A stretch of 62,866 nucleotides of DNA, filler included, from Vannella sp. (lineage: Eukaryota): NCBI GenBank assembly GCA_023345925.1. It is 6 parts of 6 records of this genome, joined end to end, with 100 filler letters (N's around TTAATTAATTAA, not from the genome) between each part and the next. Parts side by side here need not be neighbours in the genome. Positions count along the whole stretch, not along the records: positions 20,766 to 30,215 come from JAJQQN010000681.1; positions 30,316 to 45,748 come from JAJQQN010000573.1; 4 more parts are not named here. One strand, written 5' to 3'. Made by a program: the position numbers and the translations under genes. Below are positions 22,434 through 33,171 of the stretch, piece by piece. The notes below the pieces were generated by a model that saw only the letters and a program-made list of their open reading frames with translations, was not told the origin of the DNA and made no database searches. Position 1 is the first letter of the stretch; each line of letters begins with the position of its first letter.

Positions 22434-25400
22434 TTAATAGAAAGCTGAGCGAGCGGATTTTGCTCTTGGAGGAGCGAAAGAGGGATCTTCGTACCTTGAC
22501 ATTTCAATGTCAGAAGGGCGAGCCATGAACATGGGGAAAGGAGCATCGACGATAAACTGATGTGGAGGTCTTATCAAGAACGGTTGCCTGCTCCAAATGG
22601 TTGGCACCATCATCTTGGTTGTTTTAGTGAAGTCCATGAATGGAATCCGGACTCTCTTTCGGCTCGCCATCGAAGATGAGACCACTTGAAAGATCTTTTG
22701 ACTGTGAGCACATTTTGCTTTGATATTCAATAACGCCTGGTGTTCTCTTCTATCCCCAGGTCTATCTTGTTCTCCTTGGTAAGTCCACTTTCGGACCATC
22801 CAAAGACTTGCTAAGTCCAAAGGCGTTTGCCCTAACTGATTCTCCGACTGACTCATAGAATCGCCTTCCAACTCGAGAAGAACATTGACAGTGGCCAGGT
22901 CCTGACTTCGAATAGCCAAATGCAAAGCAGAGTCTCCAGAAACGTCTTTGATGGAAGGGTCTGCTTTACTTGACCTTAAGAGAGACTCAATGATGTTACT
23001 TTGGCCTCGATAAGCTGCAATAAGATAAGCAGTGAAGCCAAAGCCTTTACTTCGGTGATTGACCTGTTCAGGCGCCATTCTTTGCAAGAGAAAATCAACT
23101 GCCTCCACAGATCCCTCCCAAGCGGCGTAATGAAGAGCGGTCCATCCTCTAATGGTGCATTCCTGACCAATCAGAGCCCCTTCTTTCAAGAGAAGAGCTA
23201 CGGTATCGCCGCTGTTGCAGTATGCAGCAATCATCAATGGAGTCAATCCTTCGGCCACTGAATTGACCTGATTGATAAGACTACCGCCATAACGCTCCTT
23301 ATCGTACATCAGAATCCTCTTCAATACGGGAGTGACTTCGCTGTTGAAGCAACAAACATGAAGTGGAGTGTACAGTAACTTATCGCGGGACAATAATGAG
23401 AGTTCCAGCGGAACAGCAGGCAGTTCCAGGTCAGGGAAAGAGTTTGAGTAACTTTTTGCCCACAAGTGAGGCGCTTCTTCAATGAGGAACTCCAACGCAG
23501 CAAGCTGATTGTTGTGAGCGGCAATGTGGCACAACTTGTACCCTGTTTCGAAGGTCGAACTGCCAATTCCCACATCTTTTTGAGTCATTAGAAATCCTTC
23601 TCTCGTCACAACATAGGAGATTAACAGTTTCGCCATTTCAAGATTGCCTCGAGCGATGGCAATTTGCAAAGGGGACACTGGCATAAAGGAGAACCTCTTT
23701 GAATCAAGTCCACAAACAATTGCCGGAATCAGCTTGACGGTCGTGTCACTTTCAATACCAGAAGGTGGAGAGTTTTCTAAGCGTTTCAAGAGTGCTGAAG
23801 CTGCGTTTACAGAGTTGTAGTACGCTGCTACATGTATGGCACTCATTTTGGCGGTGGTGGAAGAGTCGGTAATCCTCTCTGACTGGTACAAGACGAAAGA
23901 AGTTGGACTTATGGGGCATCTCAATTGAGTAAACTGCTCTTGTGCGATATCCAACAACATTATCACCAGAGATGCGTTGTTCTTCATCATTGCAACGTGC
24001 AAAGGTGAGTATTCTCTTAGGCAATAACCATGAGGGGAGAAAGAGTGGCAGATGTCGAAAACACTGAACCTTTTCATCAGAGAACAAACAAGTCCCTCCA
24101 ATGTGCTGTCTTTCCCAAGAGTCGCTTTTCTGAGAGCGTCCAAATCCTCAGAGAAGACTGCATCAAACATTGTGGAGCGAGACCACGTAGCGCTGCGATC
24201 TGATCCTAAGGAACAGAATTCTAAATGAGTTACCATGGGACGTTCAAAACTTACTTCCACTTCGGTATGTTCCTGGGTAACTGGCGAAGAACCTCTTTCA
24301 ATTAGGAGATCCTCAATCTCCCAGAAAATGGTGCACATCTCTGCTGATTTCAGGGACTCAGGACCTCCCCATAACATAGGAGTGGTTGTAGCATTAAAGA
24401 TAGAGTATGAATCTAAGCGGTGACGGATGGCGCCGAAAATGGACTCAAAATGATGTTTCAGGGAAGAGGATTCTCGGACCGAAGGTGAATGATACACTTG
24501 TTCCATTTGTTTCAAAAGATGCTGAAAACAAGAGACGGAGGGGGTGACTCTATTTGCGCATTTCTTTCTCTCATCAAGAGCCCAATCCAACAGTCCATGG
24601 TGAATCGAAAAGTGATTCGAATCAAGGAGCAAAGAGATGATGTCCGCAGAAGGAGTGACAAATGCTGCTTTGAATAGGGTCTCGCAAAAGGCACCATTTC
24701 CTTGGGGCATGTTGCTCAATAAGTATCGGAGAAATTCCACTTTTTGGGTCATAGAATGAAGGTTTGGGCCGGTTCGAACAGAGCCGGAATCTGTGGTTCC
24801 TGGCATTTGGCAATCGGCTTGATTGACTGCAACATTCAAAGCCAGAACAAGATCTTCATCAGTGAATGCAACAGATCCATTCTCTACGAGAATCTTCGCA
24901 GTATCAAGGGAAAGTTCTGAGCAAGTTAATCTCACAGTTGCCTTTTGTAGTCGAACCGGAAAGCGATTCCACAGGACCTTGATGGACTCGCTGTTGCCGC
25001 TGAGTATCGATAGCAGTGATATAGGGGTTTCAATCCCTGGGAAAATTCCTACATCTGCCCCATGGTCCAGAAGGATTGGGATTACTTCCGACTTTCCAAA
25101 GAAGCAAGCAAATTGAAGTGGGGAGAAGTGGCAATGTCTATCTATATGGGTCATCCCCTTAACCAGTTTACCCTTTTTGAACAATTCATCAATAATCTCT
25201 GTAAATCCGAATTGAGAACAGATGTGAAGTGCATTCCGTCCATCTTCCAGTTCGTTGTACGAACTTTCTTCTTTTGAGAGAAATTTGGCGGCATTTACAG
25301 AGTTGCTGAAGCACGCAATGTGAAGTAGAGTACGACCAGAAGCATCTGGAAGGTTTACATTGATCGGGGAACTATTTGGTTGTTTCAAGAGCTCTTCTAG

Positions 25401-26979
25401 TAGTTGAACATCATCTCGTCCCACAGCGTCACATAAATCTTCGAGCTGGTAATTGTGGAATGCCCCTTCGGTCCAATCGCAATCAGTGATAGGGTGAAAG
25501 GAACCGATTTGTTTCAAAGCCGTTTGCTGTCCCGGATTAAACGTCATCCAACTGATTTCGCCTCTCACATACGGCGGTTCGACGTCTTGGAGACCATTGC
25601 CGGTGACAGGGCAACTTCCGCAGCAGTCCTGAAGTACTCTTTCTAGAGAGCCATGGAAGAAGGGGTGATTGTGATCCCTATCCAACGCCTCATACTGTTC
25701 ACTCATCTTGGTCGTTATCCGCCTCGTACTCCAACGGGGACCCCAAGGAAGGAACACCAAAGGTGATGAATACCGAAAGGAGAACTCGATTCCCTTTTCC
25801 ACTCTGTCTCCGTTGTGCTGCTCATCCTTCCAACAAAGACCAGTATCAGAGCGTGAACGAAACTGCCTAGCGTCAGGATTCACCCTGCGTTCAGATTGTT
25901 GCTCTCGAAAGTCTTTGCGAGCGGAGGCCGAGTCCAAAGTGGTCAGTAAAATGAGTTTTGCAAGTCCTTGGACTTCTTCCACTGTTTTCTCAAAAATGCA
26001 AGGATCGATTAACCTTTCATCGTATCCAGGAATGAGAACAGAGAATCCACGAGAAGCGTATTTGGCAAGCCTCATCTCGTAAGTGGGGGAACGACGGGTC
26101 ATATCCAGGGTGTTTACTTGGTTGACAAGTGCATGGTGAGCGCGAGGCGTTGCATACACATCTGAGCCGTTGAATCCCACGGTGCAGGAGTCAATATCGA
26201 ATCCGATTAGAATCTCTGCGGGGGACTTGTAAAGTCGAAGGATGATCTGGACATGGCGATAAGGAAACTTTGAAACAATTGTTACCGTGTAACGAGTCCG
26301 AAAGCAAGTCACTTCTCCAAGGCCTTTGGGAAGAGAACGAATAATGCTGTCGTGAATCGAAACCACTTTTTGGTTGGCTTCCACTTCAGAAAGCCCGTAA
26401 AGAAAGACGTCAATGTCTGAGGTGGGGTAAGCTTCGTTGTGAAAGAAGTCGCGAACTTCTTCCGGAGTGTTATTTGCGTTTGGCTGTAAACAAGCCAACA
26501 CTGAACCTCCTGCCACAAAGGTGTTGCTCCAGTCGAAGCCATTGAACTGCCCTTCCGTAAAAAGAGCAAAGTTCTTGAGGAAGGTTGGCTTGTCAACGAT
26601 GCATTGGTCCTCCACACCCTTCATGACTGCTCGAGGAGAGGAAATTCGGGGCACCTTTGCTGCCTCTTCCGTCTCTTGAACGAACCTATCCAGAGGAGGT
26701 GAGAACCATAGAAAAGAGGGGGCTCGAAACTGACTTGAAGATATCCTTCTCCTCGAAGACATCAATAAGAAGAGCAAACGGGTCATCTAGCTCACAAGAG
26801 CTGCGATCTTGAGCGAAGAGTTCTCGAAAACGGTTTTCCTCTTCCTTAAACAGAGCAAACAGTAAGCTTCTCTCTTTACCGTAGTTCCCTGACTGACGAA
26901 ATCGAGAAGCAAAGCCCTCCTGAACAATAGGCGACGTTTTGGAACGCTTTCTAAGTGGTTCTAGTGAGCTCTGCCTCAT
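22434..26979 (-). CDS. ~1500-aa nucleotidyltransferase-like domain plus ankyrin-repeat protein; intron 26686-26734
   Basis: VAGGSV, SDIDVFLYGL, VQIILRLY, GFDIDSC and RLAKYASRGF, followed by many ankyrin repeats (GRTLLHIAC, GRNALHIC, GLTPLMIAA, GWTALHYAA, GDSALHLAI, GQTPLDLA). Confidence 0.85.
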
Positions 26980-27080
26980 CTAGGAGCCAGAGAAAAGTGA
27001 ACTGTTTCATTGTTCGATGTCAATTCCTGTAAATTTGGGAAACTGGGACTTTGCAGTTTCTCTATCTTCCAGACAGGCTT

Positions 27081-27175
27081 GGATCACTTTTGTTCTTTAC
27101 ATCAGAGGAGCTCAGTTGTACCAAACCGGGCAACGCGCATTGAATGGAGCAAGTGCAGATCATTATTGAAGATAG
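27081..27175 (+). repeat. Diverged (~80%) direct copy of 21970-22065 (3' end of the 20767-22065 gene)
   Basis: GGATCACTTTTGTTCTT...GAGGAGCTC...CAACGC-CATTGAAT...GCAGATCATTAT...GATAG occurs at both sites. Confidence 0.85.
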
Positions 27176-27288
27176 AACCAACTCTCAAGTCAATCCAGAG
27201 TGACAAACTCTGTGGAAAGCAGTCCATTTCATTCGTTCCGCAGCCCTAAAGCACACATTTATCTTGCTCCTTTTCATATTGGATGTGA

Positions 27289-28512
27289 CTATCCTCGTAA
27301 CAAAACACTTTCCCTCCCGTACTGAGCGATGCAGGAATCCATGTGGTCGAGGATGCGCCGTAATTTCAGATCCATTCCTTCCCAGTAATTAGAAACTTTA
27401 AACGAAACCAGGTTGCGGTCGTCCTTAAAGTGCTCATACAAAGCAAAATGAACCAGTGGGGACAAAAGGTCACTTTCCAAGTGCCTTCGCAGGCGTTCTC
27501 CCAATGTTGCTCCGGCAGGGGCATTCAAAAAAGTCTGCAGATTCTCGTACATTGAAGAAGAGAACCGGCAAATGCGTTCGCATTCTTTCGTCTTGTCCCC
27601 GGCGTCAATCCATTTGTTATGTCCACAAAGGATATTCAGACATTCCGGACGAGCCAGAGGACCATGGTCAAAGGCCAAACCATTATCCCACAGCAGCTGA
27701 GTCCCTGATTCCGAAACAATCCAGTTCTTCTCCGCTTTGCGGTCGTGTTCATCGACCAGAAAGTCATAAACCAACGTGTCACTGACTTCTCGAAGCTCCT
27801 TAAGGAGGGCAGAGGGTGCCTCGACCTTTTTCATGAGTAGGATCTCTCTTATCTTCAAAGAGGGAGGTTCATTGCGAAGTCCTGACATCCAAGGCTGCAA
27901 TGAAATGTAGATATTATGCTCATGAGCAAAGTATTGGAACTTGTAAGAGATTGTACGCATTACTCGACTCGGATTCCAGCTTGGGAACCAAGCCAAGTTG
28001 CGATAAAGGTCCTTGTTAGTCACTATTCGACTCTGGAAGATGGGTTTTCGGTAGATTCCGAGGACCCTGTCCGCGTGGAAGCTCAGAATCTCTGGCCATG
28101 CTTGAAAGTCTCTGTCTGCACGACGAAAGATCCCGTCGTCACCGTCTGTCATGGCGTCTATCACTCGGGGAGTGAAAATGGCGCTTCCAAGAGGCTGCAC
28201 GAGCTTCGCCATCGTCTTGTAGTACTTGCCCTGATGGCGAAGGATGACGATATGCTTCTCTGAGATAGCACTGCCCTCTGGCTTGAAGAAATCACAACGA
28301 ACGACCTCGCCAAAGGTGATCGCCGCCAACCAAACCTCGTCTGACTGCGCACTGGGAAAGTCCAGCACCAGCAAGTCCTCCTCCTTCACTGTCCTCGCTG
28401 GATCATCAAACACCAGCGCCAACAACAGCACATCCAACACCAGAAACAGCAAAACCGCCCCAAACACCACTTGGACCACCCTCCGCTCCCCCACCCGCGA
28501 GCGCCTCCGCAT
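27289..28512 (-). CDS. Type II membrane secretory-pathway kinase of the FAM20/four-jointed/FAM198 type
   Basis: N-terminal basic residues plus TM, then EILSFHADRVLG, DFLVDEHDRK, LLWDNGLAF and ICRFSSSMYENL. Confidence 0.7.
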   Translation of the reverse strand: MRRRSRVGERRVVQVVFGAVLLFLVLDVLLLALVFDDPARTVKEEDLLVLDFPSAQSDEVWLAAITFGEVVRCDFFKPEGSAISEKHIVILRHQGKYYKTMAKLVQPLGSAIFTPRVIDAMTDGDDGIFRRADRDFQAWPEILSFHADRVLGIYRKPIFQSRIVTNKDLYRNLAWFPSWNPSRVMRTISYKFQYFAHEHNIYISLQPWMSGLRNEPPSLKIREILLMKKVEAPSALLKELREVSDTLVYDFLVDEHDRKAEKNWIVSESGTQLLWDNGLAFDHGPLARPECLNILCGHNKWIDAGDKTKECERICRFSSSMYENLQTFLNAPAGATLGERLRRHLESDLLSPLVHFALYEHFKDDRNLVSFKVSNYWEGMDLKLRRILDHMDSCIAQYGRESVLLRG

Positions 28513-28519
28513 GACCACT

Positions 28520-28583
28520 GAATGACCTCTAAAGACCACTACAAGACGCATGGCGTCCCTGCCACAAGGAAAAGCGGTCATTT
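28520..28583. promoter_or_regulatory. Putative bidirectional core promoter with two outward-facing TCATTY motifs
   Basis: TCATTC on minus (28520-28525) and TCATTT on plus (28578-28583), each under 10 nt from its ATG. Confidence 0.6.
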
Positions 28584-28588
28584 TGGAG

Positions 28589-29167
28589 ATGGCGCTGTTG
28601 GAGGGGTCTGGTTGGGTGGATCGTCTGGCGCAGCGATATACGCAGGCTTTGATGGCTAATCCGAAGCGTACGATGTTGACAACTACTACAGTGTCTACGG
28701 TAACCGCAAACGTGCTCTCTCAGACGCTGGTGGAGGGAAATCCCGTCCACCATCTGGATTGGAAGCGCCTTCGCCGTGTCTTGCTGGCTTCCCTTGTCCT
28801 GAGCTACTCTCGCTACTATCAGTTTCAGGCGATCAACAAGATACTTCCACCTGGCTCAACAAGCCGCGTGGGCATCCTCAAGGCCCTCTTGTTGGACCAA
28901 TTAGTGTTCGCCCCTTTGAGCAATGCGCTCTTCTTCGTTCTCATGTCCTTGCAGCAGGACAAGCGCCCTTCTTGGGCTGACATCCAGGTGGAACTACGAA
29001 AGAAGCTATGGCCCTCCCTGCTGCTCTACTGGCGAGTCTGGCCCGCCGCCAAGTTGGTCAGCTTCGCCTTTGTCCCAACCCCGCTCAGGCCTCTGTTCGG
29101 CGACTTTGTTGGGTTCATGTGGGCTATCTTGCTAAGTACGTTGACTAGACAGCGCCAAGTCAAGTAA
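28589..29167 (+). CDS. Mpv17/PMP22 family membrane protein
   Basis: ANVLSQ, DWKRLRR, KALLLDQLVFAP, YWRVWPAAKLVSFAFVP and W...LS. Confidence 0.9.
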   Translation: MALLEGSGWVDRLAQRYTQALMANPKRTMLTTTTVSTVTANVLSQTLVEGNPVHHLDWKRLRRVLLASLVLSYSRYYQFQAINKILPPGSTSRVGILKALLLDQLVFAPLSNALFFVLMSLQQDKRPSWADIQVELRKKLWPSLLLYWRVWPAAKLVSFAFVPTPLRPLFGDFVGFMWAILLSTLTRQRQVK

Positions 29168-29193
29168 ACACGCCTGTTTAGAGCTTCAAGAGC

Positions 29194-29807
29194 CTACTCC
29201 GCGTCGGCGATGATAAAGTGGAAGGCCAAGCACGTCAACTGATTGCCACTGAGATCGTAGAGGTTCACGTGGCCACAGTAGGTACCAGGGAAGGCAGGGG
29301 GAGCAGCTGGAATGGTGAAAGGAAGGGTCAATTGTCTCTCCTCGGTGGCGGGGAGGACACAATGAGCCTCTGGCACTCCCATCTTCGTGCACACGTTCTC
29401 GATGAAGATGTCCTGGTCCAAGAAGAAGAACGGAGCACTCTCGATCACAAGTTCAGCAGCGAAACCAGTGACTTGGTACTCTTTGGAGGCTGTGAGTCCC
29501 TTTTCTCGGAGGATGTTGGTGAACGTACCTGATTGGAGGCGGAAAGAGATAGAAGTTGGTTCTCCTCGGATGATAGGATAAGGAGCGATGTTTACATCCT
29601 CAATTTGAACGGGGTACAGGGTTCCAGTCCCATCTCCACTGTTGGTGAGAACCAGAGGCCCTCTCCGCAGGGCTCCCACTCACCACAAGGGCGCACGCAA
29701 GTGCTACCACTCTTTTCATTCAGGTAGTTTGCAGAGCAACGCGTTGGGCGGGTCTGTCCAACCACAAACAAAGCGGAGGCCAAAAGAACGAGAATCACAG
29801 CCCTCAT
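29194..29807 (-). CDS. Secreted ML (MD-2/NPC2-like) lipid-recognition protein; multi-exon
   Basis: Signal peptide, WEPC, VNIAPYPIIRGEP, NVC...HC, IP...PGTY and GNQLTCL. Confidence 0.75.
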
Positions 29808-30215
29808 CAACAGACTCCCTAATAATGATCAAGAAAGCCTTGAAATGTTCATTTTTAATGCAGAGAACTCAAATGGACCGAAATAGGAGAGAAGAGGAAG
29901 AGGGTTTGAGAACTTTTTTTTTTTTCTTTATCGCACAATGTTGTATTCTACAAGGCACAGGTCAAGGAGGAAGTTAGGCCGGGCCTGATTTCCGAGAGCA
30001 ATGAGATGCGACGACAATCCCGCCACATGGTGGGTCCTGCCCACTCTGATTGTAAGCTAAGGAAGACCACAGATCTCAAGGGAGGGAGAAGAGTGCGCTA
30101 AACCTTAATTTGTAAGGCTATGACTTTGAGAGATACTGGTGGCAGTGAAGGTAAAGATGTTCAAACCTGCACGTCGTGGCCAGAGGCAGAGCATGAGGCA
30201 ACTTCTTCAGTACTC

Positions 30216-30315
30216 NNNNNNNNNNNNNNNNNNNNNNNNNNNNNNNNNNNNNNNNNNNNTTAATTAATTAANNNNNNNNNNNNNNNNNNNNNNNNNNNNN
30301 NNNNNNNNNNNNNNN
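30216..30315. other. Artificial contig linker
   Basis: N44-TTAATTAATTAA-N44. Confidence 0.98.
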
Positions 30316-30329
30316 ATTTGCGTAGCTTG

Positions 30330-30482
30330 CCCTGATGACCTCCATCTCTTCAGGATAAGCTTTTGGACTGATTTCGTTTTTTCACTTTTTGGATGTTTGA
30401 GGACCCCAACAAGGGGAAATGCCCTCGCCGCTCGTGACTTCTCTCTGAGCCATGAACTCTCCATCGGAGGTCAGCATCAGGG
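30330..30482. repeat. 153-bp dispersed element with complementary ends (MITE-like or structured ncRNA), copy 1
   Basis: 30330-30445 matches the reverse complement of 45850-45965 with 10 mismatches in 116 nt. The ends CCCTGATGACCTCC and GGAGGT(CAG)CATCAGGG are complementary. Confidence 0.85.
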
Positions 30483-30515
30483 AATAACAATAACCGCTCC
30501 CTTCAACATTTTTTG

Positions 30516-32098
30516 ATGATTCCGAGGCAGGTGCGTTGGATGGTGCTGCTGATGGTTTTGGGGGTTTGCAGCCTCGTGTTGCTGTCTAGCATTAGGGGAG
30601 AAAGTCAATTGGGATTGGAACGAGTTGTTGTCCCTTCACCGACACCCAGTCGGAGCAATGCGCCCTCCCTGCCACAAAGAAGAGAGGTTCGCTTTGAGGT
30701 GTTGGGATCCTATCCACAAGCGTCACCTATTCCACGGACTGCAGTACCTGGTGTAGATCTGGATCACTTTGAAGTCCTTCGTAAGGCTGAGTTTGCGGTC
30801 TGCTCTGACCAGGAGAGCATATCACGCTGTTCTCTGTCTCCTCGAAGCGAGATGTTCTGCATTTTGGACCGTGTGGCCCTCAATCTGAACCAGATTCAAT
30901 TCTTCTCTCCTAGGAACCCCGCACAGCCCATGGAACGGATCCATTTGCAAAGAGGCTCCCTATTGCTCGCTGGATGCAAAGAACCGCCTCAATTGCGCCC
31001 CCATTTCGCAAAGGCAGATGTCCAGTTGACATCAGAGAACAGTGACATTCTCACTGCACTGAGCAAACCCCTACGTAGGGCTAGAGATCACCCGGTAGAG
31101 TGCTCTCGATGGAGAGGTGGAGTGACATTCTTCATGACCCGCTTCGTTGCTCACAATATGTACCACGCTACCCACGAGATCTTCTCTATGTGGATGTCTG
31201 CCCATTTGTACGGGTTCAACTCACTTTGGGGGTTCCAAATCATCTTCCTGGACTCGGCAGAAGAAGATCTTCATGGAAGCCTTTTTCATCAAACCACAGG
31301 CTTGGAGCCCATCTCTATCACAAGCTTAGCTCGCGATGAAGCTGCAGACCGAACCCAGTGCTTTGAACAGGCGATTCTTGGCTGTTCTTCGCGCGGATTG
31401 CTCTCCCTTGAAACAGCTCTTGCTTCCACCAACACCACCGTTCTGGGTCGGAGTGAGCTCTGGCTCAATTTTAGAACGTATATGAGACAGGTCTTTGGTA
31501 AGCTCGCTCTCAAGGACCGAAGGACCAAGTCACTTATCAGTCGTCACAGGAATGGCCAATATTCCAAGAGAGCCGTTCTCTCCCGTTCGGGCGACATTCA
31601 TTGTTCGCAGGGACTACAAAAAGACCATAGCCGAGAGTACAACTCACCGTAAATTCATCAACGAGCGGGAGAGTAAGAAACCCCCAGAAACTTCGGAATC
31701 GGAATCCGAATGTCGATTGACTGACTTTGGGGGCTCTTCCAGTCATCTCTGTTTTAGAGAAGATCCCTCATCTTCAATTGGATGTTGTTGACTTTGCTTC
31801 GCTCGCCTACATGGAGCAATTGTACCAAATGCAATCCACTGACATTCTCATTGGCTTCCACGGAGCCGGTTTGATTCAAGCGCTTTACCTTCCTGATAGG
31901 AGTGCTGTCATAGAGATGACTGGAGGGGACTACGAAAGTAGGCAGCACTATTATGGCCTCTGCCAGTACCTTCAACACTCTTTCCATCGCCTTCTGGTTC
32001 AAGTCATCCCGGACACTCATGATGACATCTATGTGGACCCTGTGAACCTGCGAGAGTTCGTTTCACCGATCATTCAAAAGATACACAGGAGACGGTGA
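30516..32098 (+). CDS. Glycosyltransferase family 61 (EOGT/POMGNT2-like), type II membrane; multi-exon
   Basis: N-terminal TM, NMYHATHE, CFEQAI, R...RKFINE, DF..L...EQL, DILIGFHGAGL and VIEM. Confidence 0.85.
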
Positions 32099-32180
32099 CC
32101 TTTGAATGGCCATTCTTGGGAGATCCAACCGTCAGATCGTTGATAGAGGACTTAACTCGTCAGGCCTCAAGTTACTAACA

Positions 32181-32998
32181 CTATTTGTATTGGCAAGAAC
32201 AAGGAAAGGAGCCTAATGAAGGTGTGTAATGCTCTCCACAGGAATGGCAGTGAATGCTGGTACTCAGAAGCTCCAAGCATCTGCCGTAAGGAGTGAAACA
32301 CTCACCACAGTGGTTGTGGAGTGATCCAGAGACGAATCCTACACCAGATGACCACTGTTAGGCTCGCCACTTGCTCAATCCAACCCAGAGCGCTTACGAG
32401 GTTGAGCAATACAGAGTCCTGTGATGTAGTTACCAATGCCACACGACTGACATAAGACTGCAGCTTGTGGGCCACCTTTCCCGTAGTCCAGGCCTTTGGA
32501 AGCTTGAAAGAGAGCGTTCTCGAGGGAGCAAGAGAGAGGCTCTTTGCAATTGAAGCACGGATTGGAGAGGAGCTCCTTGTCTACGCCTTCCATATCCTTC
32601 ACCTTGACGAATCCGTATGCTATTGCTGCTACTAAGCAAGGATTGAGCTCTTCCTGTTGCTCAGGAGGGAAGCCCAAGAGGTCGAGGAAGGTTTGTACTC
32701 GTTGCTCCCCCTTTTGAGGCTTGTATTGGGGATGTAGTAGGATAGAGAGAGCACGAAGAACCTGGTGATCAGGTAGATGAGAGAGATCAAAGTCCCCAGC
32801 GAGTTTACGCAAAGAAACCTTCGGTAGACTGGCCAAGAACTCCTCCAAGTCATCCGTATCCAGCAGTATCAGCCCATCAACCAAACGTAAGCCCTGCTGA
32901 GGAGTTTCCTTCACAATCTTCCGCCATCCAGCACCAGAAGAGGACCTCCTCGCCCCTTTCCGTTCCCCCTCCACTCCGGCGGAGTCCGCTTCGTTCAT
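32181..32998 (-). CDS. Hypothetical protein with Cys/His-rich (putative Zn-binding) C-terminal domain; one intron
   Basis: CFNC...LCQSC...YITGLC/...HNHCGEC...GRC...HCHSCGEHY...FPCSC after removing a GTAAGC...GTAG intron. Confidence 0.6.
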
Positions 32999-33171
32999 AG
33001 ACAGGACCAAGGGCTTGTAATATAATAAGGAGTCTATGTACCCGGCAGCACGGACGATCGTGGTCGCCCTTCGACCCGAGAGTTCAAGTTTCAAAAGCCC
33101 TCCTCTGGACACCTCTCTATCATAGGACAGCTAATTATTGGAAGGGAGGAATGAATTTATTGTTTTGGGCG

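Noticed and set aside
30097..30108. CTAAACCTTA as a telomerase RNA template
   Set aside because: It does not match 1.5 copies of TTAGGG or TTTAGGG, and no other telomerase RNA elements were identifiable.
30326..30485. Hammerhead ribozyme (CUGAUGA...GAAA...AUC) or C/D snoRNA reading of the dispersed element
   Set aside because: Stem II would be only 3 bp around ~70 nt, stem I starts with a mismatch, and the core is sequestered by the terminal stem. The D/D' boxes are not conserved in copy 2.
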